Assembly (NCBI GenBank): GCA_030645735.1
Contig: JAUSNP010000006.1
Span: 4,095 to 68,094, forward strand
Source: Candidatus Moraniibacteriota bacterium
GTDB taxonomy: Bacteria > Patescibacteriota > Minisyncoccia > Moranbacterales > UBA2206
Length of the DNA: 64,000 nt
Direction: 5' to 3'
Both the position numbers and the translations under genes were made by a program. The stretch's first letter is position 1. Each line of letters begins with the position of its first letter. Below, in pieces: positions 28,119 to 37,541 of the stretch. Below the pieces are notes generated by a model. The model did no database searches and was not told where the DNA came from. It worked only from the letters and a program-made list of their open reading frames with translations.

Positions 28119-29252
28119 TCAACTAAACGCAGAGATCGACTGACTTCTGTGTGCTTGAGCCGAGTGAAAAAATCCTCCGCATGCAGACTGCATCTTACAA
28201 CCTTCACATTCCTGGAAGTAGATATTTTTCCATTCAGAAATCGACTTCCGAGCGAAAGGCCAAAGTGATTTTGGCAGCGTACAAATCTGGTGGTTATAGA
28301 TAGACACATTCATGCCACGGCGATGCAAGGATTTCACAGATTTTTCAAGTTGCTTCGCATAATCAGCGGGATCAATCCAAACTTTGTCTATGTTTTCTGC
28401 CGCTAACCCGATTGGCTCTAGTCCCATCAAGGCAACGTGATCAACAAACGGGAATGTCCTGTATACGAATTCAGCCCACTTTTCCAATCGTGAATAATTG
28501 GATTGCATGATGACAGTTCTTAATTCGACGCAGATTCCAACCCTAGCCAGGTTATATAATCCCTCGACGGTTTCCCAAAAAGCCCCTCTCACACCGACGA
28601 TTTCATCATGGAGAGAATCAACATCTCCATACAGAGGCACACAGGCGAACAAGTTTCCTTCGGCTAACTCTGCAAGTTCTTTCGCTTTAACAAAATCTTT
28701 TAACAGCCGGGCATTCGTCAGAAGTTGAATCGAAGTGTTTGGAAGAAATTTCCGTGAAGCTGATACAACCTTAAGTAACCCTTCCCAGTTGAGGGTTGGC
28801 TCACCTCCGGTTATGCCCAGCACCTCAAGGTCTGGGTCTATAAGTGAGATAATTTTGGAAGAAAAATCGGCCAAATCCTCTTGGTCTGGTTGAGGCGGTT
28901 GCGGGCATGTAATGCAATGTGAATTACACCGATTGGTGACAAGCACCGCATTGGAACGAGATTTCTTTTCGTATAATACAGTGCCCCCTTCATTGGGTGT
29001 CAGGAGAATGACATCGCCCTTTTCCACAACATAGTTTTCACCTAAAAGCTTAAAAACCGGTGAGTCACAATTTTCAAACACTGGAGAAGAGCTGTTTAAT
29101 AATAGGCCAGTTCGTTGTGACCTGCTCTGGGGGTCATTAAATATGAAAATATGAGAATCTGGCTCTGTGGCATGAGGAGAAACAGCTCCTGAGATAATTT
29201 TACCTATCAGGCTATAGGAAAAGTTGACTGCAACTCCTGTAAAGGTTCTCAT
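28119..29252 (-). CDS. hxsC: Radical SAM enzyme (HxsC-like maturase partner)
   Basis: CNSHCITC CxxxCxxC cluster motif, GGEP SAM motif. Confidence 0.6.
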   Translation of the reverse strand: MRTFTGVAVNFSYSLIGKIISGAVSPHATEPDSHIFIFNDPQSRSQRTGLLLNSSSPVFENCDSPVFKLLGENYVVEKGDVILLTPNEGGTVLYEKKSRSNAVLVTNRCNSHCITCPQPPQPDQEDLADFSSKIISLIDPDLEVLGITGGEPTLNWEGLLKVVSASRKFLPNTSIQLLTNARLLKDFVKAKELAELAEGNLFACVPLYGDVDSLHDEIVGVRGAFWETVEGLYNLARVGICVELRTVIMQSNYSRLEKWAEFVYRTFPFVDHVALMGLEPIGLAAENIDKVWIDPADYAKQLEKSVKSLHRRGMNVSIYNHQICTLPKSLWPFARKSISEWKNIYFQECEGCKMQSACGGFFHSAQAHRSQSISAFS

Positions 29253-29255
29253 GGT

Positions 29256-30725
29256 TCACATCTGAGTTGCGTTCGCAGAATTTTCTGCCAAAGGCTTGCC
29301 AATAATCCATGACCAGAAAATATCTTCAATATCTTCGTCATCCTTCGCTAAGTATTCAAAGATCACACGAAAAATGGCCTTATGCTTACGGCAGAAATCA
29401 TTTTCTGGTCTTTTGCCAACCATATCACCATAGACAGCGTAATTCCTAACTGGATCGGCACCGCAATAGGACTGAAAAACGCACCAAGCACAGCCAGGCA
29501 GTGCCTCTATACAAGAAGAACTGATTATTTCTCTCAGTCTCTCACTTCCAAATATTTCACGCCAAGAGTGGCTATGAGCGTTCCCGACACAAAAAGATTT
29601 ATCACCTTTGGAATGTGCCAGCATCCGGGCTTCATCCGATACATACACATCCCCGTTTGTGTCGTAAATCACGCCCCCAATTCCAACACCTGCTGGAGAC
29701 TGCAAATCCACAAATCCTGTCGAAAATGGGGTCAGAATTCTTGATAGCAATAGGGTTGTAAACATTTCTGGGAAATACACCCCGGAACGGTTGATTTGGA
29801 TAATTTTATCTAACGCCTTTGCATAGGCATCGACAAAATCATCCACAGAATAACCAAGCCGGTTCCACTCAGCTGATGCATAGCCGAGCGGGTTAAGCAT
29901 TCTTAAGAAAATAGAACCCAATCCTCGGGCAATATATTCGTCAATCACTTCATCAAGGTGATCAATGCTCAAGTCAGTGACAGTCATTAAAGCTGAAATA
30001 TTATCATGGCCAAGAGAAGATTGAGCTAGTGCCAAGTTTGCTGTCACATTTTTATAGCTTCCTTCTCCACTTCTATTTTTACGAAACTCGTCATGAATAT
30101 ACTCAGGGCCATCCAATGAGGTAGAAATATAAATTTTATTAGATTTAATATACTCAAGTTTATCTTCATCAAGAGCAATCAAATTTGTACAAACGACAAA
30201 CTCTAAATTCTTTTTATATTTTTCATTAAGCTCTAGCGAATACTCAACAACACTTTTCAAAACATTAAAATTCAATAGTGGCTCACCACCCTGAAATTCA
30301 ATTTTGATAGACTTAGCCGGACTCATAAAAACCAGTTCAACGCATTTTCTTGCGGTGGCAACATCCATATCAAGCACATCTTTGTCTTCAACACAAACCG
30401 ATGAAGCATGGCAGTATGCGCACCTTTGATTACACCTTCGAGTAAGAACAAACATGTGAAGAGAAGTAAAATCATACAGAAACTGTTTTTTAGTGCGGTA
30501 TTTGGTGGCCAGCAAATCTATCACATTAGAAAGATGAGAATCCCAGATCATGTTTTTGGATTTTAAATCTAGGTATTCACTGGATTCCGGCGAAATTTTT
30601 CGCCCGATCAATGCGTCAAAACTTGATTCTGGAAGGAAATGAAAATCTCCGACATCATTCACAAGGAGCACCCGATCCGCTACGCGCTCGAACCGGAATG
30701 GCAAAAAGCGATAAGACTGGCTCAT
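29256..30725 (-). CDS. hxsB: Radical SAM/SPASM-domain enzyme (HxsB-like maturase)
   Basis: CNQRCAYC rSAM motif, GGEPLL, C-terminal Cys-rich SPASM-like CIEALPGCAWCVFQSYCGADP. Confidence 0.65.
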   Translation of the reverse strand: MSQSYRFLPFRFERVADRVLLVNDVGDFHFLPESSFDALIGRKISPESSEYLDLKSKNMIWDSHLSNVIDLLATKYRTKKQFLYDFTSLHMFVLTRRCNQRCAYCHASSVCVEDKDVLDMDVATARKCVELVFMSPAKSIKIEFQGGEPLLNFNVLKSVVEYSLELNEKYKKNLEFVVCTNLIALDEDKLEYIKSNKIYISTSLDGPEYIHDEFRKNRSGEGSYKNVTANLALAQSSLGHDNISALMTVTDLSIDHLDEVIDEYIARGLGSIFLRMLNPLGYASAEWNRLGYSVDDFVDAYAKALDKIIQINRSGVYFPEMFTTLLLSRILTPFSTGFVDLQSPAGVGIGGVIYDTNGDVYVSDEARMLAHSKGDKSFCVGNAHSHSWREIFGSERLREIISSSCIEALPGCAWCVFQSYCGADPVRNYAVYGDMVGKRPENDFCRKHKAIFRVIFEYLAKDDEDIEDIFWSWIIGKPLAENSANATQM

Positions 30726-31060
30726 GGCTGAATTTTGCTCACGATGATATCGAGGTTATCAACTGGCTCGAAAGCCTGAGCAATGATCATCTCTCGAACC
30801 AATTTATAATCTCTTCCGACATCGACTCGTATTTGATGATCGGTAACCAAACGGATGAACTCGGAAATCAAGGAATCTGGAGTTGCTTCTGAGATCGATA
30901 CAGGCACATTGAAATTTACCTGGATTCTTCCCGCCGATGCAGTTTCGATGACTATCGTCGCTTTCTCTGTGAAATCATAGGAAGCATTCTTTATTGCCTC
31001 CAGAGAATACACTTTAGCGTCGAAACTAGTTGATACCACAACGTTATTCAATCTATTCAA
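30722..31060 (-). CDS. hxsD: Small protein at head of cluster (HxsD-like)
   Basis: 112 aa, translationally coupled (4-nt overlap) to hxsB-like gene; assignment by context. Confidence 0.4.
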   Translation of the reverse strand: MNRLNNVVVSTSFDAKVYSLEAIKNASYDFTEKATIVIETASAGRIQVNFNVPVSISEATPDSLISEFIRLVTDHQIRVDVGRDYKLVREMIIAQAFEPVDNLDIIVSKIQP

Positions 31061-31136
31061 GTTTAGATCCCTGCGAGATTTTTCGCATCTTGCGCCTCAA
31101 CTGAGGGAAACGGCTCGAAACATTCACCAAGTGTAT

Positions 31137-31922
31137 CTAATTTTCGAAAATTCGTCGTGTATCATTAAGCACTGCCCTAAGGAGCACTACTGAGCTTGCA
31201 ACTTGATGCGCAACCTCGTCGTCTGTCATTTTTCTTCCGTTTTCTTTGTAGGCAGCGTTGGCAATGGAGATAGATGAATTGGCAATTTTCACTATTTCCC
31301 GTTTCAAGTCATCCTCAGAAGAAACCACAATCTTTTCAGAAAGAATACCCTTTCCCATGTATGGCAGAACTTCGTCAAACCTCGCATCGAAAGCGCCATG
31401 CGCCTTGCCCGACCATAGCCCTTCGTCATGATAAACTTTACCGTCGCTTGCAGGCTCATCCTTGTAAGGGTAATTATGCAGCGGTTGAGAGAGATCACCT
31501 ATCAGATGTGCGATTGTCATCAGTCCATAATTATAATCTGACGAGTATTTCGTGGTCTTAATTTTCCGATAAAGGTCAACAATTTTCCAATACAAAACAC
31601 CCGATTCCGCTGGCACCATGATCTTAATAGACCGCGACGCCGGATCAGCTTTCGGAACATATTCTTGTTCTGAAACGCCATATTTATCGATATATTCGGG
31701 TGAGACTGCCGTATTCGGAGCCGCATTGTGATAATGGAACTGAACCAACAGGTTGTAATTATCGTACCGTGAAGCGTCGGGGACACAGGCATTTTCCGGA
31801 TCGTCTAAACCTGCTTGATGAGCTATGAAGCTGTGGGTTTGACATGACCATCCATAGCAGATGCTAGCAGGTAACGCCATGAACATCCCGAGCAACACGA
31901 CAGGTTTCATTATTTTGCGCAT
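31137..31922 (-). CDS. Secreted zinc-dependent phospholipase C / S1-P1 nuclease superfamily protein
   Basis: GAGGTG SD; signal peptide then mature N-terminus W-S-C-Q-T-H (Trp-1/His ligands), HYHN, HLIGDLSQPLH zinc-site-like motifs. Confidence 0.5.
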   Translation of the reverse strand: MRKIMKPVVLLGMFMALPASICYGWSCQTHSFIAHQAGLDDPENACVPDASRYDNYNLLVQFHYHNAAPNTAVSPEYIDKYGVSEQEYVPKADPASRSIKIMVPAESGVLYWKIVDLYRKIKTTKYSSDYNYGLMTIAHLIGDLSQPLHNYPYKDEPASDGKVYHDEGLWSGKAHGAFDARFDEVLPYMGKGILSEKIVVSSEDDLKREIVKIANSSISIANAAYKENGRKMTDDEVAHQVASSVVLLRAVLNDTRRIFEN

Positions 31923-31985
31923 TTCCACACCTCGTTGTTTCGGGCCAGGCAGTTCCAAGTACGAACTACCTGGCCGAGGATCAAT

Positions 31986-32162
31986 TTATTTTCCCAAATG
32001 TTTTCTTACTGCTGCGCCGGATGTACCAACAGCTTTTACAGCAGCTTTAAGCTCTTTTTCTGAACAACTGAGGGCCTTACACCAGTTTCTGACCTCAGCC
32101 GGATCATTGATGTCAATGCGTTTTGCATCAAGCGGGTGTGTGATTTTTTTGTTGTCCGTCAT
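31986..32162 (-). CDS. DUF3606-like small protein
   Basis: 58 aa MTDNKKITHPLDAKRIDINDPAEVRNWCKALSCSEKELKAAVKAVGTSGAAVRKHLGK; preferred over overlapping plus ORF 31861..32181. Confidence 0.45.
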   Translation of the reverse strand: MTDNKKITHPLDAKRIDINDPAEVRNWCKALSCSEKELKAAVKAVGTSGAAVRKHLGK

Positions 32163-32472
32163 AACGATCTCCTTGAGTTAACATCTTTATGAAATTCACC
32201 TCGTGGCTTGTACACTTTTCTAAAGCATCAATGGTAATGTTTCCAATGGCACCAGACAACACCTCTCTTATTAATCCCAAATATTATTCCTGGCATCTTA
32301 AAGGACTAATGACCCAGGTCAATAAGGGGATGGTGTAAATTAATAGGGGTTTTCCCTACCAGCGCAATAAGCCATCTCAGGAAGCCACCGACTCACACGA
32401 AAACGTACGGCAACAAACATTGTATGTGTGGGAAATATATTTATGTAACCAGAAATGGTCGTCAAAAAAAAT

Positions 32473-32512
32473 AATCGTCAAAAAGGGAACGTGACTACGT
32501 TCCCTTAATTTT
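32473..32512. repeat. 40-bp direct repeat copy 2
   Basis: aatcgtcaaaaagggaacgtgactacgttcccttaatttt; preceded by partial tandem tcgtcaaaaaaaa. Confidence 0.7.
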
Positions 32513-32768
32513 GTATAAAAACACAGTTAGGCAAGTTCTTTACTGATTGGTTATGATGGCGCTAAAAATTTCGCACAGACAATTAGGAGGACGCGCAAGG
32601 TCAAATTTCGCTCGCAGAGGCTCAGCACACAATCGCTATGGATTGGATTGCGGTGTACAAAGAGTTTTATGATCCAGCAGGGTGCAGATAAATCGTTTGT
32701 TTAGGTCAATCGTAATGCCAATAGAAGAAGCACTCACCGGCTAACAGCTAACGGGATAAGGCGATAGT

Positions 32769-33890
32769 ATGACGACTGATTTCAGTATTAACAAGGTTGT
32801 AATCCACGAGCTAATCAAAGAACAGCACAAGGGAATACAGCCATCAAATATACGGCCCAGTGTTTTAGATGGCAGGAATGAAGCTGTTAAAAAATTAATC
32901 ATGGGCATTACTTCCCTTTACGGAAGACGTAACAATAATGCCCATTATGGCACATTCCGAATAGGCGAAGGTCGCGGTTCATTTCCAGATCATTTTGAAT
33001 CATATGCCCTCGTTATGCCACCCACCGAAGATGTCTTCTTGGCATTGACCCAAATCGCCATGAAATCTTTGTACTCAAAAGCCGAATTAAGCCCTCTAGC
33101 ATCAGGTGGCTACATTTTATTTTGTGACTACTCAAACCAGCAAGGTCGATATTTCTTAACCGCAATGGTCAAGCAAAAAGAAGGCATTAAACTGAGCGAA
33201 GCTTTGGAACCAGAAGAGCTTGTTCAATTAGATTTAAGTCGGCTCCACCAAGCTGCACGAATCAATTTTGGTAAATTATCGGCATATTTAGCGGCAGACG
33301 AAAGAGATCGGCTCGAATTAAGTTATTTAAGTTTCGTAAGCCCACACACAGGCAAAACCGCCGCTGGTTATTTTATAACTGCTCTTGGCTGTGCACCTGG
33401 AGCCGGTTCTGCACGCGCCACAGAGACATTGATTCAGGAGAGCACAAAGTTCTTCAAAGAGAATGAGACGCTACAGCCACACGCCAGAGAGTTCAAAATC
33501 AACCTAATCGCTTACTTGCAAAGAAAAAAAGAGTCCGGTGAGTCCGCAAAGCTTTCGGAAATAGAGGAAATTGCTCGGCCATTTATGCCTGCCGATGAGT
33601 CTGGCCAAGCCGACGACCTTGTAGATGCTTTCATTACTCGCTTAAATAGTGAAGAGCTGGCAGTTCCAATTGAGTTTCCAGTAAGTAAGCGTGCCCTCGG
33701 CAGATATACGCATATAAAATATAAGGCGGACAACTGGGAATTAAACTTTGAGCGAGGGGCACTCGGCAATGACGATACAGCCGACATTTACTATGACACT
33801 GCTCTAAATCGTATCATAATAAATCAAATCCCTACTGGTGCGATTGAATTAATCAAACAAGAACTTGATAGCCGCGTAACTGAGCAATAG
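32769..33890 (+). CDS. Nucleoid-associated protein NdpA/YejK (NA37) family
   Basis: N-terminus INKVVIHELIKEQ...YGTF typical of NA37 family; tentative. Confidence 0.5.
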   Translation: MTTDFSINKVVIHELIKEQHKGIQPSNIRPSVLDGRNEAVKKLIMGITSLYGRRNNNAHYGTFRIGEGRGSFPDHFESYALVMPPTEDVFLALTQIAMKSLYSKAELSPLASGGYILFCDYSNQQGRYFLTAMVKQKEGIKLSEALEPEELVQLDLSRLHQAARINFGKLSAYLAADERDRLELSYLSFVSPHTGKTAAGYFITALGCAPGAGSARATETLIQESTKFFKENETLQPHAREFKINLIAYLQRKKESGESAKLSEIEEIARPFMPADESGQADDLVDAFITRLNSEELAVPIEFPVSKRALGRYTHIKYKADNWELNFERGALGNDDTADIYYDTALNRIIINQIPTGAIELIKQELDSRVTEQ

Positions 33891-33893
33891 ATA

Positions 33894-35114
33894 ATGTCAC
33901 TCTCATATTTTATTGAATTATTTCGAATTGCTGGGAAACCAGCAATTACTGGAGGAATGTTTTATGCGAGTCTAATTTACGACTCAAATGTTTCTAAGCT
34001 CATTACAGAAATACGCAAAATCAAAGCAGCAGTTTATTTCGATGAAATTATCGTCGATGGCTCAGAAATACTCGACACCAATCCACTGCCAGAGACATGG
34101 AGCAAAATTCAATTCACACTCAAGCTACCAGTTGATTCTTCAAGGAGGTTTTATCAATCTATTGAGGATCTAATCAACTGGCCCAAAACCTCAAGAGGTG
34201 AGCTACCTGAGGAATTCTATATAGTTGACCATGATTATTGCAGTGGCGAAGAGCCAATTCCTGCTAAATTGGAAAAATTGCTCAGTATATGTAAGCTTAT
34301 AAAGTCGTTATCATGTCTTGCCAATTATCATGACGAAAAAGCTGAATCTGGATATTACAAATTAGTATTTATCCAATCTAACGATACTCAATATTTGCCA
34401 GCGACAGTCATTGAAACAAAGATAAGTAAAGAAATTCTAGAATTTTCAACCCCAGACATTAGATTGGTTCAGGGCTTATGTTCAGAAACTGCCAAGACTG
34501 ACCCTCATTACAATTTACAGATAGGTGTTTTTTCTGTATCTATTACTGATTTCATGAGCAAATCACCAGGAAATGGACAGTCTTTTTCTTTTCTAATTCA
34601 GAATTGGAAAGATTTCTTAGAAATATACCAACAAAACCTAAGCACATATTTAAGTGGATTTTCTTTTCACAAGGCAAAAAAGGAAGTTGCTGAAACAGAA
34701 CTAAAAATGGCAGAACAGTTTTCTAAAGTAATAAGTGACATCACAATTAAACTATTTAGCATCCCAGTATCATTCGCAGGGGTTATTATTATAGCGAAGC
34801 CAGTTAATGTTATCGAGAGTTCATTAGTTGAAATTGGCCTTATCCTTGCTGCATATCTTATTGATTGTACTGTTGACAACCAGCAACGTCAATTATCTTG
34901 TATAAGTGATGCGAAGAATATCGTCTTAAATTCTTTCGAGGGCAAAAAGGCAAGCTATCCGGATGAACTGAAAGTTGCTGTTAAAGGAATGAAAACCAAA
35001 CTTGACGAAGGAGAAAGAAAACTGCGCCGATCATTAATTTCTTTCCGTGTGTTGAGTTGGTTACCTCCTATTGCCGGCATGGTTCCGCACATTTATTATC
35101 ACTTCCTATCCTAG
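33894..35114 (+). CDS. Hypothetical protein with C-terminal TM segments
   Basis: 406 aa, starts 4 nt after NA37 stop. Confidence 0.4.
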   Translation: MSLSYFIELFRIAGKPAITGGMFYASLIYDSNVSKLITEIRKIKAAVYFDEIIVDGSEILDTNPLPETWSKIQFTLKLPVDSSRRFYQSIEDLINWPKTSRGELPEEFYIVDHDYCSGEEPIPAKLEKLLSICKLIKSLSCLANYHDEKAESGYYKLVFIQSNDTQYLPATVIETKISKEILEFSTPDIRLVQGLCSETAKTDPHYNLQIGVFSVSITDFMSKSPGNGQSFSFLIQNWKDFLEIYQQNLSTYLSGFSFHKAKKEVAETELKMAEQFSKVISDITIKLFSIPVSFAGVIIIAKPVNVIESSLVEIGLILAAYLIDCTVDNQQRQLSCISDAKNIVLNSFEGKKASYPDELKVAVKGMKTKLDEGERKLRRSLISFRVLSWLPPIAGMVPHIYYHFLS

Positions 35115-35185
35115 TGTTTTTATGTGATTTACACAGAATGTAGTGACAGAACGGGCAGAGGTAAAATAAAAACCAGGAGGGTACT

Positions 35186-35422
35186 ATGGCACTTTACAAA
35201 CAAGAACAATATCTGACGAAATCCAATGATGTTGCTTTTGATTCAAAATATTCTCCCGGAACCGCTGCGCCCCACCCCGGAATTTACCGTTGCACATCCT
35301 GTGGAGACGAAATAGCCATAGCTGGCGGACACATTTTGCCACCCCAAAACCACAAGCAACATAATCCTTCAAATGGTGCTGTTCACTGGCAACTATTGGT
35401 ATACCCAGTCCAGAAGAAGTGA
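35186..35422 (+). CDS. Small hypothetical protein with CxxC
   Basis: AGGAGGG SD; 78 aa. Confidence 0.35.
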   Translation: MALYKQEQYLTKSNDVAFDSKYSPGTAAPHPGIYRCTSCGDEIAIAGGHILPPQNHKQHNPSNGAVHWQLLVYPVQKK

Positions 35423-35445
35423 CACCCCCCCCACTTGCGTATTGT

Positions 35446-35490
35446 GAAAAAACCCCCGACTCATCAATTTGATGAGTCGGGGCTGAGTTT
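35446..35490. terminator. Bidirectional terminator hairpin
   Basis: cccccgactcatca-attt-gatgagtcgggg with T/A runs on both sides. Confidence 0.5.
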
Positions 35491-35510
35491 TACGACCAAA
35501 TGACAATGTT

Positions 35511-37436
35511 CTACGTTTCCTCCTCCTGCCACAATTTTTCCATCTTCTCTTTTGACCTGTTACTAGGAACTCGCTTGCCGTTTTCCCATGATTGAACCGA
35601 GCTAGGATCAGCCCCAAGCAATTTGGCAATTTCCTTTGTAGAGAGTCCAAGGTGTGTCCGGAAAAGGCGTAATCTTTCACCTTCCGTTTGGGAAGGCTCG
35701 ATAAGGCAATATCCCAGGAAAGAAAATATCTTCGGATAATGCCGGACGGAGGGTGGGTAATGGTTCAACTCCCACTTATTAACCGAACAAGAGTCTACAC
35801 CAATCACTTTGGCCACATCTTTCTGCTCAAGGCCAAGTTCCAACCGTTTTGCTCTCAGATGATCGCCAAGAGTTACTAACTCACTGGGATGCTTGGGATT
35901 TTGAGGCCGGACAGAGGCTTTAGTTACAGGTGACAACTTAGCAATGAAACCATGAGTATTCGTTGCTAAGTTGTTGTCATTTAGAAAAAAGGGGAGGTAG
36001 TGCAGATTGACGGCTACTTCGTCTTTGTGGATGATGATGCTTTCGGTAATGGCTTCCACGATTTGGTGTTGTTCGTCGCGTGACATGATCGACCAACGGG
36101 AATGAAGGTCTTTGGTTTCGGACATAATTTGCTCAGAGGATAGATTCTTAATTTTCAAAAAGTCTATCTCACTCTGGAGTTTAGGAAGCTGGTTGTCCAG
36201 TTGAGCAAAACGCTCTTCAAGAGGTCTGTGTTTTCTCCCGAATCCTTCCTTGGAAATCTGTCCGTCCATGTAGAGGTCATAGAGCTTATCCATCTCCCGC
36301 CCAAGATCGGTTTTTTCTTTTTTCAGGACTTCCAGTTGTTGAGACTTTTCCCGGATCGTGTCATCGGCTTGGTGAAAATAGGTGGCCAGGTCATCCTCAG
36401 AAAGCAGGAAATCCTTGAGCTGTTCTTGGTAAATTGCTTCCAAGTCTTCCGCTGGAATTTTGTTGCGGCACTTTACACATGTGTATTTCTTGCTGCCCGA
36501 AGGCACATACATCTTGCCATCACAATGGCAGAAAGTGAGCCCTGCAAAAAGGTGGGTAGCTGGTTTCCTCGGGATTCTTTTTCCGGACTCTTTCTGATCA
36601 GCCAAAATGGCGTTGCATTTTCCCCAGAGTTCTTCCGTAACAATCGGCTCGACGCTGGAAAAGACCCATTGATCTTCCGGTTTGAGCTCCCAATGTTTCC
36701 TGTCACCAGTACTCCGGGTGTAATTGGCCCGACGCATCCCTTTGGCAATAGGATCGGTAAGGAGCCTATCGACTGTGGTGTCTGTAAATTCTCCACCGTT
36801 ACGAGTCCGATAGCCTCTTTGGTTGAGTAACCTTGCCACGGTCTTTTTCCGCTTATGTTCCAAAAACAATTCGAACATAAGTTGGCGGATGGGAGATTCG
36901 TGAGGATTCACGACCAGGCTTTTGCCTTCCCACTGATAGCCGAAAGGGGCAGCCCCTCCGAGTGGTTTTCCTAATTGTGCCCGGATCGGCACAGAGGCGG
37001 CCACTCGATCACTGATTTCTTCGCGCTCCCATTGGGCCATGGCGGCAATCATTGTGTAAAAAAGTCTACCAGCTGGCGAGGTGGTGTCGATAGCCTCCTG
37101 AAGGGAAATCAGACCGGCATCAGATGATCGAAAGATGTCGGCAATGTCCAGAAGTTCACGGGTATTCCGGGCAATGCGTGCTAACTTTGAAAAAATAATC
37201 CCCGAGATATGCCCAGACCGAATGTCAGCAATCATGCGTTGTGCTTCAGGATGATCCAACACGGATTTACCGCTGACGCCGGAAAGATTGTAGAGCTCAA
37301 CAACATTCCAGTTCTTCGACTGCGCGTAGTATCGAGCGCGTTGTTCGTGGTTTTCGGGGCTTTCCCCCTTGGCTTGATCTTCCGTTGATACCCTAACCCA
37401 GATACCGACACGTTTAGAACTTTGCGGTTTATCCAT
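35511..37436 (-). CDS. Large serine recombinase fused to two C-terminal XRE-type HTH domains
   Basis: VGIWVRVSTEDQ catalytic Ser region, recombinase domain, Cys-pair zinc ribbon CHCDGK...CVKCRNK, coiled coil, then two HTH-like segments. Confidence 0.8.
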   Translation of the reverse strand: MDKPQSSKRVGIWVRVSTEDQAKGESPENHEQRARYYAQSKNWNVVELYNLSGVSGKSVLDHPEAQRMIADIRSGHISGIIFSKLARIARNTRELLDIADIFRSSDAGLISLQEAIDTTSPAGRLFYTMIAAMAQWEREEISDRVAASVPIRAQLGKPLGGAAPFGYQWEGKSLVVNPHESPIRQLMFELFLEHKRKKTVARLLNQRGYRTRNGGEFTDTTVDRLLTDPIAKGMRRANYTRSTGDRKHWELKPEDQWVFSSVEPIVTEELWGKCNAILADQKESGKRIPRKPATHLFAGLTFCHCDGKMYVPSGSKKYTCVKCRNKIPAEDLEAIYQEQLKDFLLSEDDLATYFHQADDTIREKSQQLEVLKKEKTDLGREMDKLYDLYMDGQISKEGFGRKHRPLEERFAQLDNQLPKLQSEIDFLKIKNLSSEQIMSETKDLHSRWSIMSRDEQHQIVEAITESIIIHKDEVAVNLHYLPFFLNDNNLATNTHGFIAKLSPVTKASVRPQNPKHPSELVTLGDHLRAKRLELGLEQKDVAKVIGVDSCSVNKWELNHYPPSVRHYPKIFSFLGYCLIEPSQTEGERLRLFRTHLGLSTKEIAKLLGADPSSVQSWENGKRVPSNRSKEKMEKLWQEEET

Positions 37437-37541
37437 ATTCTCACCCCACCAAAATTGTTAAAGTGCCAGCAATCAGTTTTGTGTTTTTCTCAGTTGGAAT
37501 TGTAACGTCAATTAGCAGACCATCAAAGGCGGTGTTCTTTG

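Noticed and set aside
31861-32181. Plus-strand ORF 31861..32181
   Set aside because: Opposite strand encodes an SD-supported DUF3606-like 58-aa protein with recognisable family pattern; plus ORF has low-complexity translation
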